From IMG/VR virus record IMGVR_UViG_3300029989_000006: a stretch of DNA of 64,000 bases, one strand, 5' to 3'. Source of the stretch: a virus. A program made the position numbers and the translations under genes. Under the pieces are notes generated by a model that was not told the DNA's origin, ran no database searches, and saw only the letters and a list, made by a program, of their open reading frames with translations. Shown piece after piece: positions 1-14,802 of this stretch (position 1 is the first letter of the stretch; each line of letters starts with the position of its first letter).

Positions 1-2128
1 CTGCTTGTGAATAATTTTTATTCAAATTAGACATTGTACTATCTCCAACATTATCCCCAATATTTGTTATTACATTATTTTCTACATCAGCTCCTTCTGG
101 AGTAATGTATTTATTCCCTAATTTCTTCCTTTGTTTATTAACTGCTGCTATGATTTCCTCTGTATGACCATCTGCAATTAATTGATATAAATCTTTCTTA
201 GTATCCTGTGTTAATGCAACACTATTCTTTGGATCTAACAATGGTTCAATAACTGAGCGTTGATACTCAAACATTGCACCACCAATTACACCACCAACTA
301 AATTAGATAAATATTTTTGAAATCCCTGAGCACTAAATGTGTCATCCCAAGTATTCATAGAACCTTTTTTCTCAGTTCATCCTAAATAAGACATTAAATC
401 CACAACTCCAGTAGACATATCCTGAACAGCTTGTTCGGTTACTTCTTCAACACCTTCAATTACTGCATTTTTTCACATATTCTCTCCAATAATAGATGGA
501 GTTGTAAAAATATCCTCGATTGTGTTTTTAAATTTTGAAACTACTCCTGCGAGTTGAAATTTACCTTTTGCCATATTAGTTTCAGTTGCTTTAAAACCAG
601 TTTGTATTTCCTCCATATATGGTAGAACTGCTTTACGTAACATAGCTTTATTAGTTTCTTCAGTATATCCTGTACTTTTATCCAAAAACCAATGACCCAT
701 TCTATTATTCATCATGATTCCATACTGTCCAGCTGCAGCTAATAAAGTAGCAAAACCTGCACTTCTTTTATCATAACCACCAGTAATTGCCTGACCATAA
801 ATATCACTAGTTGTAGACATTGCCATATATCCTAAAGATAATCCCATAGATAAAGCACTTTGTGCTTTTTCAAATGATTTAAGTTGAGGAAGTTTTTCCA
901 TAGCTGCCTTAGCCATTACTTCAGATTGTTCTGCTGTAATAGTTCCAGTTATTTTTGCAAAATCTACTTCTTGCCCAATTTTTGTTGCTAATTCACTTTG
1001 TTTTTCAAGTAGTGCTAATTCTTTAGATCTCATAAAAATCTTTGATAAACTAGCTGCAGCTCTTTGCTCATATAATTGGGAAAATATAGAACTAACCATT
1101 GTACCCATTTGCTCCACTGATAAAGCAGATTTACTTCCTTCCTCAGATACTGACTGTTGGACAAATTTTGCCATATAATTTTCTGCAGAGGTAGCTAATC
1201 CACCCATAGCATCAGCTTTTTCTCCTAATAACATTCCTTCTAAGGATTTGTAGAAAGTAGGTAAAATAGAGGCCATTGTAACAGCTGCTCTAATTCCTCC
1301 ATAAACTGTTCCTACTCCAGGTATTAAAAATGGGGCAATTTCTGCTGCAACTTTTACACCTATTCCTGCAAGTGATTTATCTTTTTCATCTGCATCAAAA
1401 ACATTATACTTATCAGCTAATGTTCCATCAGTAGTTAATATATCATTTGGATTAACAACTATTTTACCATAAATCTCACCATCACCAAGTTTTTCAATAA
1501 AATAATTTCCATCTTTGTCTACTTTTCATTCACCTTTTTGGTGTTTTATAGCTTTTTGGCTTAATGGATCAAAATGAGTTCCATCTTCATTATAAGTTGC
1601 ATATACTAAAGTATCCCCAAATAATTTCTGAAGAACACCTAAATCATTTACACTTTCTGTTGACCATGAATCAGTTTTAGGATCATATAATTTATTCTGT
1701 TGTGCAAGTTGTTTTTGTGTAAAATCGTTTTCAGTAATACTGTTTATTCCAGTTCTACTAAATAATTGTTTAGATGGATTAAAATCCTTCTCAAATTCAA
1801 CATCAATTTTAAAAGTGTTTGCATTTTTTGGTCTAGAAACATCAAATGGACTGTAATATACAGTATTTATATCTTTTAAATACTCATCATCAGTCATTTG
1901 ATAATAATGACTCTTTGCTAAATTATAAAAATCATTAAATTTTATATCATCAAATTTTCCATCTGCAGTTTTAAACTGATTCTGAATAAACGGACTTTGT
2001 TTATATTCATCTTGAGTTAACAAGGATGTGTTATCAGGATTGATATTTACTGATAACATATCCTGAGTTGTGGCAGTTGGACTACTTAATGTAGCAACTA
2101 ATATATCATTAGGTTTTCTAATTTCCAT
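1..2128 (-). CDS. N-terminal part of a very large virion cargo/ejection protein (code 4); runs off the left edge
   Basis: ORF pieces 1526..2128 and 473..1276 share a frame and join across TGA. It lies downstream of the tail genes, where crAss-like phages keep large cargo and virion-RNAP genes. Confidence 0.7.
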
Positions 2129-2137
2129 AATTTAAAA

Positions 2138-4009
2138 TTAATTAAGTACTTGTGCATTACCATTTACTGATTGTACTGCAGGTGTTGTATTTAAATTGTA
2201 TTGAACATCACTATTTTTAGTAGCTTTAACTGTTGGACCTCTTCCATTAAAACTATCTACAATAACATTAGAGGCAGGTCTATAAGGAATTGCAATCATC
2301 CCTTTATAATAATTACCAAATCAACCTTCATTTGGTTTTGTAGATTTAATTTTAGTTCCAATCTTTTCTGATCAAGTTTTATCTAGATCTGGCATAATTG
2401 CTTTCTCTTCATCTGAAGTTAACTTAGTTACTCAAGGATTATCTTTTCCTAAAGCAGTTCCATCATTTGTATAACCATAAAATACTAAAAATGGTTTAAT
2501 ATGACTATTATCCATAATTACTTTAGTATTTATTCCATTTTTAGTTTCTTCACCAATTTTGATATCAAAATTATGATCTTTAAAAAATCTAGTTGCTTCA
2601 CTAGTAGATCATTTATCCTTATTTGATTCATATGTAGCATAAATCTCTTTAAAGATTTTAAATGCATTATAATCAGGTCTTCCATTATCATCAACTGGCA
2701 TATAAACCTTTGCTGCATCTTTTCCATCATAAACCACATTTTTAAAATCATATGATTCTAATGATTTATTTCCAAAAGAAGCATTATCAAAATCTAAAAA
2801 TTGATTATAACCAATATTTGCTATATTTTGAACTGATGTCATAGGAATTGTTTCATCATTGGGTGTCATTAATGGAAATACTCCACCAATTGCTCCTTTA
2901 AGTAAAACTCCAAGTTTTGCATCATTAAAAGCAAATGTTAAATTCTTACTCATTAATTTATCATTATGAGACATCTGGAAATTATTCATTGGCTTATCAC
3001 TTTGACCTGAAGAACCATCACCAATTTTTACAGGTTTAACTTTTTCAGAATGTGAATCATTAGCACTATTACTAATCATATTCATTAACATAGATCCTGG
3101 TGTATCACCACTTAAAGCAGCTATTACGGATAGTTTATTTTGTGCCTTTTCACCCATAGCTTCCCAAATATATTTTAATCCCTTTTCAACTCTTCCTCTT
3201 TGTGAACTGTTATTCTGTTCAACGGATACATAATCACTATTTACATCTGTAAGTGAATTTAATTTTTGTAATTGTTCAAATTCTTCTTTTGTTGGAGTTG
3301 GACCTTTAATGTTTATTCTAGAAGCATTCATCTGATGTTGAATCTCATTCCATTGTGCTTTACTATAAACTTTATCAGATATTTCTGTATCAGTTCCAAA
3401 ATCCTTTACTAATTTAAGAACATCATCCTTAATTGTTTTTAAACTAACTGCATCATTTGCAACATTAAAAATATCATTTCTTCCAACTAAATTTGGATTT
3501 AATCTTCTTTCGTTTAATAAATCCTGAACTGTTAATAATTGTTGTGTATTTTTATTTTTTTGATAATCAGCTAAGGTAACTCCTTTAACTGTCCCCACTT
3601 TATCCTTAACAAATAATTCTCCTCTACTACCAACTGCAACTTCACTTAATGTACCTTGTTTTGAGGCTTCATTTACTGATTGTGTTCATGCATCTTTATT
3701 TTCTCTTAATGCATTTAAAGTTCCAATTAATTTTATAGAACTTAATCTATTTTTAGGTTGTAAATAAGGATTTGTTTCAGAACCTTCTAACTTTGCAAGT
3801 TCAGATGTAAATTGATTTACTTCATTCGTTAAACCAACATCTTTTTTTATCATTTCTTTATAAAGAGCATCATCTAAAATAGATGATCCAGAATTATCTG
3901 AATCATCTTTTTTAGAAGTTGTTGGCATTTGAGGAGTTGGACTTGAAGGTATATAAGGAGTAAAAGCTACAAATCCACCTCCTTGTTGCAGTTTTGGTAT
4001 AAATTTCAT
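2138..4009 (-). CDS. Virion cargo protein, 623 aa (code 4)
   Basis: Pieces 3686..4009 and 2609..3598 are in frame. Reading TGA as W continues to TAA at 2138. N-terminus MKFIPKLQQGGG. Confidence 0.75.
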
Positions 4010-7000
4010 TATTTAAATACTTTTATTAGTGATTTTTGTAAAAGTTCATTATCTAAAAAAATAGATTTATAAAACATTTCCAATTCTTTTTGACTTTTTT
4101 CATGTTCATTTCTTATTTTTGCCAATTCTATTCTATTATCTTGTGACATACTTCCTCCTTTTTTATAATAAGGAGAATAAGATTGTACCACAGCCTGTTG
4201 TTTTAAAATAGGTGAAGTATATTGTTCCATTAATGTATTTCCATATTTTATTTTGTCTAATAAAGCTTTAGCATAAGCAGATTTTTCAAAAGTCATATTA
4301 GGATCAACATTTTTTGAACTTTTCATATCTTCTGTAAATTTATCACGATATAATTGTTCAATCTCAGGAGAAGATAATTTTGCTAAATATTTCTGCATAC
4401 TAATAAGATTTGGATCATTAATTTTCTGTCGTAAATCAAATGTAGCTTTTTTCTGTTGCCACATTGGTCAAGTCATTGCTTCTGATTTAAGTAAAGTATT
4501 TCTTGCAGTTGTGTCAGCCATAGTTTTATTTGCCATGACTAAAGACATATTTTTTTCAGCATTAGATGATGCAGATTTATTAGCATTTATAATTTGAAGA
4601 TTTCTCTGTCCAATTTGAGTATTCATAGATAATTCCTGTCCTTTTATAGCATCATTTCTTTGAATATCTGCTTGTTGTGCTCTTGATGTTATATCTGCAT
4701 TTTTAGCATTAGCTTGTAATCTTGCACTAATTCCTTTTCCTCAATCATTAGTATTTTCTGCAATGTTTTTACCAATATTATTATTAATTCTATTTTGTTG
4801 TTCTGCTATAATAGTATTTGGTGTACTAGTACGCATATAAACTAATGGACTTGTTTGTAATATTGGAAATTTAGATGCAGCAGTTAATTGATTCTTTAAA
4901 ATGTTTTTATTACCAACCATTGTATTTACAAATTGTGCTAAATTCACAAATCGTGTTGGATCAATGTATGGTTTTGATGTATATGGAATTTCTGCAGGAG
5001 GATTAAGTCCATCTGTATCTAATGTTGTAGTATTAGGTGCTGGTGTTGTTGGTGCAGATGTGTTAATATTAGCAACTTTAGGAGTCATAGGACTTGAAAT
5101 TAATCCAGATGAAACAGTAGGTTTCCCTATTAAATTTGAAACAAAATTATGTACTGTTCCAATTTTTTTATCAACCAATAAACGTTGAACATCAGAAGCA
5201 TTTTTTACTTGATAAGTTCCCTTATTAGCTAAAATTTGTTTATTTAAATCTGATCCATATTTATTAAATCAATTATCATCAATAGATTTTTGATAATCTA
5301 ACCAAGGTTTATTATATTCCTGAGTTTTTGAATCAAACCTAAAATCATTTCCAAATTGTTCCATAGTTCTGAATGGAATTTTTCCTGCATTTTGCATTTT
5401 TAATATTCCTCCTTCAGATTTTTTCTCTACTTTCTTTTTAGAAGTAACTTTATTAACTTTTTCCACTTTTTCTTTAGAAGTTTTTGGTTTAGTAGTTGTT
5501 TTAACAACTTCTTTTTCTTCAGTTGGATTTACAACTACTTTAGTTTTTTCTATTTCAGGAGTTTTTACTGGAAGCTTTTCTTTTAAACTTTGTAGTTTTT
5601 CCACAGCAGATTTTTCATCTGTCACAACTCCTTCACCTAAGTGTTTTCTAGCTAATTTATAATCATTAAAATCTGTGCCTCTATCTCCAGTAACTAATTT
5701 TGGTTCAGTTCCAAGAGTTCATTTTCCAGTAGATTGTCCATAACTATGAGTTAAATTCTTTGTATCAATTTGTGTTAACTCTTCTGGAGTTAAATCCCTT
5801 CCATGAGTTTCTTTATAAGCAGAACTTATTTTATTTTTTAAATTATTTAAACTTGCTTCAGCTTGTTCTTTAGTTGGCTCAGTACCTTTACCTATTAATG
5901 ATTTTCCTCTTTCAATTAAAGATTTAGATGGTTCAGCATCAGGTTTAATAATTCCTTTTACTTGTCCTGTATCAATAAGTTTTCCTTCAGAATCCAAAAG
6001 ATTAAAGGCAGTTTTATCATTTGTAACACTTGCTCTTTCAGCTTGGTTAGTAATAGCTTTCATTCTTCCAGCATTTGCTTTTAAAACATTTGCAAAAGAT
6101 ATACCCATTACTACTTTTTTCCAATCCTCAGGATTAGTATTTTTAACACCATCCTCTTTTCAATCTTTATAAATGTTAACTCCTCCAGAAATTGCCTGTT
6201 GTCCAGCAAATGCACCTAATCCATATTTTCCGGCTGTTGCAACTTTTGCAAAATTAGTTGTTGTAGCTTTTTTAGCTAAGTTTCCTAAAGTTTGACTGCC
6301 TATGATTTTAGTAGTTGCTCCTTTTAATGTCTCAGCTGCTGCAATATGAGAATCAAGTGCTTGTGAAGCTAATTTCATAGTTTCTTCAATTGGTTTTCCT
6401 TCACCAACTAATTTAGTAGCTAATTCAATTGCTTCAGCAGTAGGTTTTTCGGTTTTTAATAATGCAGATGCTCCTTTAGCTTCTTCTAAGGTATTAAAAC
6501 CTGCTTTTGTTAAAGTACCAACGGCCTCTAATTCTTTAGTTCCTTCTATACCTTTACTAATTGCTTCAGCTGTTTTTGTAAGTTTAGCAATCTTAGTTGC
6601 ATCCATTCCTACTTGTCCAGCTTTTATTAAGGATTTAACTCCACCTAATCCGAAGAATGATAATGCCACAAAAGCAGCATCTAGACCTAAATCTAATTTA
6701 TGATTTAATAAACCATTTGCTCCTTCTTCATGTAAAATCTTACCAATATCTGCTCCCATGACAACTCCTGCTCCAATAGAACCTGTTGGTCCTGGAACAA
6801 ATGATGCACCTAATCCTGCAATACCTGCAACATCATAAGCGGTACTTGTAGTATCTTGTCCTGCAAATGTTCTTGCATCTGTTTTATTTACAACTGAAGA
6901 TGGTTCTCCTTTAAGTATTTCTGCTAAAGTATTTTCAGGATTTTCCTGAGATGGTACTACATTCTCTCCTACTACTGGAAGTACTGTTGCTATTGGATGT

Positions 7001-7833
7001 GCTAAATCATACTCTCCTTGAATTTGTTTTTTTCTTTCGTCAGATAATAAAAATCCATTAGGATTAGAACCTGTTCTATTTAATACATCAACTAAACTAT
7101 TTCATGTATTATCATCAATTGGTTTAGTAAAATCAATTTTATCAGTTATAGCTTTTATAGCTTGAGCATGTTCAGTTCCTGTAAATTTATCAATTCCTTT
7201 ATTTGTTTCATAATCTTTTAAATAATCCTCAGCATTTTCTTTAGAATATTTAGCAACTTTTTGTTTGATTACATCATCAGTTGTTCATGATTTTAATGCT
7301 GTATCACGAGATGCATCATTACCACCAAAAACAGTCCCTGTCATATAATCCTCTAAAGATCTAAAAGATTTATCTAATGCATATCTTGGAATAGTTACCT
7401 GAGGATTTACATTTTGTGATGATGTTTTTCAATCATTATATATTGATGCAACTAAAGAATTATATTTCTTTCTTGTAGAATTTTCTTCACCATAATTACT
7501 TCTATCAGGATTGCCAGTATAGGATCCAAATAAATTTTTATTAATTGCATCTCTACTTCCACCTCATTCTGCTTTTTGTAATTCTGGATCAGTTATTTTG
7601 GAACTATCAATACTATATTCGTGTTTAACAGGATCATAAGCATATATATCATTAAAATTACTTAGTTGTGATAATTTTAAGAACTGAGCAGCGGTGTCTC
7701 TAGCTTCTCTTTCACCTTTACTAGTAAAATTTGTACTATCTAATCGTTTTGTCAGATAATCTGCAAAACTTTGTCCTTGTGAAGATATTCCTTCAGTTCA
7801 TCCACCCGCTTTTAATTTTTTGACTAGTGCCAT
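4009..7833 (-). CDS. Large cargo/ejection protein, 1274 aa (code 4), with hydrophobic Gly/Ala-rich segments
   Basis: ATG at 7833 (MALVKKLKAGGW). Five track ORFs (6160..6759, 5719..6108, 5269..5625, 4741..5178, 4009..4464) are in this frame. GIAGLGASFVPGPTG and LDAAFVALSFFGLGG suggest membrane insertion. Confidence 0.75.
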
Positions 7834-7858
7834 GTTTTTACGATTTTTAAATTAAACA

Positions 7859-7892
7859 ATAAAAGGGAGACAGATCTCCCTGCTTCCCTTTT
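7859..7892 (-). terminator. Intrinsic terminator
   Basis: AAAAGGGAAGCAG...CTGTCTCCCTTTT hairpin followed by a T-run. Confidence 0.6.
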
Positions 7893-7900
7893 AAGGTAGG

Positions 7901-8182
7901 CTATCGTCTGCCTATTAATACTAACTTACCTCCTTGACGTTGATAGGTTGGCTGTCCCTGGGCTTCTTGACCTTGTTGACCTTGTTGAGCAGCTCCTTGT
8001 AATAGTTGCATAATCATCTGTGCCAAAGCTGCAGCAGCCTCTGGTCCTAACTGTTGAACAATTTGTGTAGCCATTTGAGCTAATTGTTCTTGTGGATTAC
8101 CTTGTCCACCTTGTCCACCTTGTGCTCCTTGTTCTGAAGCTGCAGGTGCTTCTCCACCTACTTGAAATTTTCTTACTTTCAT
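7901..8182 (-). CDS. Small Gln/Gly/Ala-rich virion protein, 93 aa
   Basis: Intact ORF with KFQVGG at the N-terminus and YQRQGG at the C-terminus. Confidence 0.7.
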   Translation of the reverse strand: MKVRKFQVGGEAPAASEQGAQGGQGGQGNPQEQLAQMATQIVQQLGPEAAAALAQMIMQLLQGAAQQGQQGQEAQGQPTYQRQGGKLVLIGRR

Positions 8183-8187
8183 TTTAA

Positions 8188-8781
8188 TTACTGATTTTTT
8201 GATTGTACATACTCAGGGTTATTAGTTTCCTGAACTTTTAAAAATTTAAATACTCTCTTTCCTAGATTCTTATAATCATTCTCATTATTCGTCGTTGCAG
8301 CTTTCTTTGCAAACTTAATTAATATCTTTGTATTAGCCCGAGAAAAAATTCTCTCTTCACCTTCTAATTCCATTTGAATTTCTCCACCTGAATTTAACAC
8401 TAACATTTTATCTGGTTTAAGTTGTTTATGTTTTGGTTGAAACTCTAATTCATCTCCCACTTTAATACCAGAATTTTCATTAACTTCTAGTACATAATAT
8501 GCATCTTGTTCTGTAAGGAGTTCTTCTGATAATGGTACTCCATGTTGAACAGAGAGTACATTTAATTCATCACTTATAAAAACAATATCTAATGGAATTT
8601 TAGTATCTTTCATTCATATTCCATTTCCTTCCATCATATCATCTTCTGAAAAAAGAAATAACATTCCTTCATCAGGAGCCAATTCAGTTTTTTCTTGTAA
8701 TCCTTGCTCTTTATCTTCATCAGTTTGAGCAAGTTCTACTTTATAATATTTTCCCCCAATTAAAATATTTACTTTTTCCAT
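8188..8781 (-). CDS. DUF192-domain protein, 197 aa (code 4)
   Basis: VELAQT...GL...GMLFLF...W(TGA 8614-8616)MKDTKIPLDIVF...YVLEVN is the DUF192 signature. The conserved W is encoded by TGA. Confidence 0.85.
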
Positions 8782-9020
8782 TCTGATAAAATATTTGAAA
8801 TAACTTCTTTATAGTTCTGTACTAATACCCCGCCTTCTTTATGTTTTCATTTTTTTGCATTTTGTGCAAAAATTGCTCTTTTTCTTGTAAGAGAATTACT
8901 ACTGTGTGTAAGAGTTTCTGTAGATTTACCTGTTCTTTCCTTTAAGGCAGTAAATTTTCCCTTATTTGCAGGATTAATATGTATACTTGTTCCTTCTTTA
9001 GCTTTTATTATATATTTCAT
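8769..9020 (-). CDS. Small basic protein, 83 aa (code 4); absent from the ORF track
   Basis: MKYIIKAKEGTSIHINPANKGKFTALKERTGKSTETLTHSSNSLTRKRAIFAQNAKKW(TGA)KHKEGG...; resembles a small crAss-like virion family as I recall it. Confidence 0.7.
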
Positions 9021-9021
9021 A

Positions 9022-10374
9022 TTATATAGTATTAATAAGATTTGTATTATCCTGAGTATTCTCTAATAGTTCTTCTGTAACAAATTTACCACATTCAATA
9101 CAAATTTGATCTTTTTCTTTTGGATCTTCTGTATCATTAAACTGTGTAAAAAATTCTTCCATTTTATCGGTTGCTTCTTTGTGAAATATAATCTCATTCT
9201 TTTCAATTTCAGCATGTTGCTCTATTTTACCATCTTCCACTGTAATCACTGGAATTCCCTTATTTGTAACTGCACTTCCTAAATCTCCATCATAATGATT
9301 TAAATTTTTATGTAATGCACCTTCGGGAATTACATTCATTTTTCCACCAATAGCATATTTAATAACCTCACCATCCATTGCTTGTCCTTCTTGAGCTTTA
9401 AATATTTTTTTCTTAACCTTATTCTTAAGATTTCTTAATTTTGCAGGATTAATCTTTGTTCCTAATTTTCCTGAGACAATTTGATTTTTATATGAATTGT
9501 TTAATCCAGAAGTTAATGCCTGTCTATTTTTTGAATTGATATCTTGCATAGAATTCATACCTGCTAAGGTATTATTTTTATCTAAATCAATTGCATTAGA
9601 TTTTAAAGCATTAGTTGTATTTATTTTTTCTATAGCAGCTCTTTTATTTGCTAATAATCCTTTTTTATTTCCAAATAATTTACTTATAAAATTAGTTACT
9701 CCCCCAATTTCTGTTGAAGCAATAGTTCTCTCTGCACTATATCCTTTTGTAACTTTAGCAGCTAAATCTGTATCAGAACCTTCTACTTTAGTTTTTGCTA
9801 CTGCATTTAAAATTTTTAAAGGCAATAATGCAGTACTTCCTAAAGTTGAATTCATAATTTTATCACCGGTATTACTTGCATTATTAATTCCACCACCTAT
9901 AGCATTAATACCTTTGTTTAATAATCCTGCAGCTTTCATTGTTCCACCAATAATAGTTCCATAACCTGGAATTGCTGATGCAGCATTTGCTGCCATATCT
10001 CATCCTGCATCAATTCCACCTGTTAATGGATCATCTTGAGTTTTATCTGGAATCAATGAGGATAATAAATTGATTCCTTGTCCTACCAATGCTCCTTTTT
10101 GTTCTTTACCTATTCCTTTTCAAGAACTTTGTAAAGTACTCCCAAGACTCTTTTCAGTATTAGTTTCCCCATATTGATTTTTTTCTCATTGGGTAGAACC
10201 TATTGCAGGTGTTGGTATAAATTTTTGTATCATTTGGTTAAATGAATTTTCTTTAGAGAAATTTTGAAATATTCCAGGAATTCTATTTATTTTAGAATTA
10301 CCTGGAGTATTAAAATTAAGAACTGAATCAGAAGGAAATTCCTCTCATTTTCCTGTATATTGGTTAATTGGCAT
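9022..10374 (-). CDS. Virion cargo protein, 450 aa (code 4)
   Basis: ATG at 10374 is in frame with 9022..9996 across TGAs. C-terminal NVIPEGALH...KGIPVI...AEIEKNEIIF domain. Confidence 0.7.
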
Positions 10375-10385
10375 CGTAGTTAATT

Positions 10386-13300
10386 TTATGCATAACTAAT
10401 TGTAAATAAAGTTCTTAAGGCATTAATAATAGAATGTTTCTTTCCATCATATTTTACTCTTATTTTTATATATTTGTCTCTTATTCTCATTTCACTGATT
10501 TTTGAAAATCTTATTTCACCATCTTTTAAATAAGCATATCTTATTTTAATTGGCTGAATTTGTATATCTCAGGAATCTTCTACATAATGCATATTACCCT
10601 TAGTTCTACCATAATTTACAAAATCCTTTCCATCTTGATTTGATAAAACTCTATCTTCTCCATTTCATGTATCATTTACTAATACAGTATCAGAAGTAAA
10701 ATCTTCTCAAGCAATTGTGTCTAATAGACTTACTGTTTTATCTTTAAGAACAAACGGTAATTTTAAAAATTTAAATGTTGAATAATCGGATGGATTAATT
10801 CAAGTTGGGACTGGAAATTCTGGATGATCTATTAAAATTTGTGAAATAAAGTTAGATAATAAATATCTATACCCATTTAAAACTTTATCTAAAGATGATT
10901 GATATAATACAGTATTAATCTTATATGAACCATTTGATTCTAATGTATAAATAAAATCATCTTTTAATACTGGTGTATAAATTCCATCAATACTTGTAAT
11001 ACTATAATTATAAAGAGGTTCATCATTTAATCAACTAATAACTTCTTTATAAGAATGTCAATCATATCCTTCTCCTACAATTTCAAAATTAAAAGAATCT
11101 GGTTTTGATTTATTTGAAATAATTTTTAAATTATCAAATATTTTCTGAACTCCAGGAACTGCAGCCACAACAAATTCAAATTCGAATGGATGTTGTTCTT
11201 CATATCATACTGTATGTTTTATATTTGCAACCTCATCGGCAGTTCCTGCAAATCCATGTTTATATAATTTATTCTCTCCCTTTGAATGAATTTTAGTATT
11301 TGCAAAAGTATAAAAAATATTATTAATATTTTCCGAAAATTCCGGAAATCATGTATTTCTAGTTACTCAATGGTTTAAAAGCTCATTTCAACATAAATGT
11401 CATTGTTGTTTATTATAACTAAAAACAAATAATACATCTTGCTTAAAGGCATTATAATGAGATTTAATACTATAATTTTCAGGTTTATTTAAAACATCTG
11501 TAACTCTTAAATTTATATTATCATTTAAAAATTTCTGAATTTTCATATCTGAAATAGTTTCAAACTTATTTCCATTGGTTCTTCAAATTCTTTTACCAAT
11601 AGTATCTAAACCATAAATATATTTAGGTGTAAAAACTATTGAATTAGCTCAAGTTGTTCCAAAAGTATTAGATAATACCTTTGGATTTTTTGGTAATACA
11701 GTTTCAGTATTAATATAAACATTTTCACCCTGAGCATTCATCATCATAGCACGTTCATTAACTGGAATCATTAAAACCCCATGTTCCATAACTGCTATCA
11801 ATGTTCCATACCATTCTACTAAAGAAACTAGGGCACCATACTCCATTGTATAGTCTTGAAAATTCTGAGCCTTAAATACTCTATTGCCATTTTTAAATGC
11901 ACCTTCTCTAAGTAATTCTGAATAGTAAATTCTATTTGTAAAATTAGTTTTAATAAATGGAACATCTGGAATTTCAAAGTAATATCTATCTGATAATGAA
12001 TGATTTATTCCATTGTTCATAACAGTAGACTCTGGTAATTTATTAGTAATTTTTGCTTCTTGTAATGGATGAAAACTGCGTTTCATTTTATGTATTGCCT
12101 CTTCTTGTGGTCTAGAAAAATCAATATCTCTCATTGCAAGATTTATATTGCTACAAATTTTAAATGTTACTCAATGTCCTAAACCTACTGCATTTACATC
12201 TGGTCTATTAATCTTTTCAGAACCAAATGTTCCATTAGCTTCTGAATATTTTTTGAATTTTTTACCATCTGGTAAACATAATCAGCTTAATGCAACCGAA
12301 CCATCAGTTTTCTCATCAAGTCCACCATATGTAAATAAAGATAATAATTTTTTATATTCAAATTCAGTTCCTCCTGGTAAAGTACTTATTTCACCAGTAC
12401 TATCTCCATTATTTGCCCTAATTAATCCCTGCAAAGCTCCCCCATTATTTATTGATATATGTTTAGAAGTTCTAACTTTAAAGTTCTTATATCAAGTATA
12501 AGGATCAACTATTTGATTATTTGTTGGTAATTCTGGATCTATAAAATTTCATAAGACTCTATGTGTATATGTGCTTATAAAACAATCCCCTCTATAATGA
12601 GTTGGAGATCCTCATTGCCCAATTTTATCTCATGTTAGTCTGTCACCAATTGCCATGAATGGAGAAGAATCATTATATCTAATTCTAAAATAATTTTTTC
12701 AATTACTGAAATCATAATCTTTTTGAAATATATTATAATGTTGTCCAAAGATAAGATTATTTGCACTACTTCCAAGAAAAGTATTAAATCCTCCTCTTAT
12801 TTTTGTTGTACTATCTGATCATGTATTTTCTGATGCAGTTGTTTTATCTAATGAATTAATATTACCTAAAATTGGATCTTCAAATTTTCAAGCAATTGTT
12901 GGATCACCAGCTTTAGAACAAAATTTACTATTATCACCATTATTAATCAATTCAATTTCTGGTTCAACTAATAATAAATTTGTTGTAATAGTATCAGATG
13001 AAATGACATTATCCTTAATTAAATCTCCTAAGTTAAATAATGTTTGAGTATTTGCTCCATCATTAAAAATCTTTCCACCAGAACTATATTTAAACTTCTT
13101 TAAAATAAATTCTGAGGAATTAAAATAATTATTAAATATATCAGTTCTTACACAAGCCTCTGGACATAATAAGGCATTATTCTGTATATCTACAGGTTGT
13201 ACCTCAAATAAACTCCTTCCTAAAATTGGATAATTATGTAAATCTTTCTTTAAAAATGATTCTGAGAAAAATTTTCTTTGATTAGTTCCATTATTATTAT

Positions 13301-14792
13301 ATTGTCCAAAAATAATAGGAGTATATGATTTCTTAGTTGTTGCAATTCCAACTGCTTGTGTCAATAACGTAGGAATTCTTTTTTGCCTAACAAAGAAAAA
13401 TCCTTTAGTTAAATCCCTTAATCCATAAGCCCCAGTAATTTTATTTTGATTTACTATATCATCCTGAAATTTAAATTTAAGTCCTATTGGTTTAATACTG
13501 TCTGCTCCATTAAAAACACTTTGATCTGAATTAATTTTAAAAACTCCTTTAATATTTTCTAAATTTCCATCAATTCTTGAATTAGATTTTTCTAAAATAA
13601 AATCCTCACCAAAATTTAATTCATCCCCTCTCTCATAGTTATCAAATACAGTTATACTTGTAAGTTCTTTAATACCTCTTATATTGAATACTGGAGATAA
13701 TGTATAATCTGGTAAAATATAAATAATTCCAAAACGATATATATCTTCATCTCAATAACCTAATTTATAATAAATATTTTTTGTATTATAATATTCATAA
13801 CCAATATCAGGATTATTTTCTGTATAAGAAGCACTTAAGTTTCCAATAGTTTCATCATATGACAATTCTGGAGTAATAAACAAACTATATTTTTCTAAAA
13901 TTTTAAATAGTTCATAACTTTTAGTAATATTTCCAACAAAAGTTAAATTTTGACAATTTGTATTAGTCTCTGCTGAATCAAAATTAGCATATTGAATATT
14001 TATTTCAGAATTATCTATTTCAACATGATTTTCAAAACCTGTAATAGTCAATTCTGTAGAAATTCCTCTGATTTTAAATTTATCAGTAATTTTATAACTT
14101 TTTAATTGATCTATTAAATTATTTCCTGAATGTTTAGTATAATAAATATTAATATAATCATAGGCTAAATCAAGATTATTAATTTGGAATTTAATAACTT
14201 TATCACTAACTTCATCCATTTGTCCTCCTCTTATAGAAGATGGATGATTTACTGCCCCAATATGACAAACAACTTTACCTGATTCAGATATAAAATCTGA
14301 TTCATTTCCATCACTGTCAGCTAATTTAAAATAAAAATTATAACTCCCCACTGGTAAATTACCTCCACTTTCAATACCTTTAAAATCTAATGTTATTATT
14401 GATCTAACAGTTTTAACTAATCCTGCTTCAATTTTGAAATTTTCTTCAGTATATATATTGGTATCTAAATTTCCTTTTCTATCCCCAATTTTATAAGTAT
14501 TTGAATCTACTAAATAAAATCTAGAATTTATTATCTTTAATGGATTCTTTTTATCATTAATTATTAAATTTACTGAATCATCATATGAAGGTTCTGTATC
14601 TATAATTAAAGGTGAGTTAATATCAATACCTGCAGAGAATGCATTTAAAGATAAACTTACTAAGTCTATGGTTCCATCAGTTGTTAAAACCTTTAAATTT
14701 TGTAAAGGTTTATATTGATATAGTAATTTTCCATCTTCAGGAAAAGCATGTATCGTATTATTTATTTGTATTGATATTAATGGTAAACTCAT
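10386..14792 (-). CDS. Tail stabilisation/muzzle-type protein, about 1468 aa (code 4)
   Basis: Pieces 13752..14792, 12888..13364 and 11649..12134 are in frame. Contains GYW(TGA)DEDIYRFGIIYI...SPVFNIRG; stop TAA at 10386. Confidence 0.7.
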
Positions 14793-14802
14793 TATTTATA
14801 AT

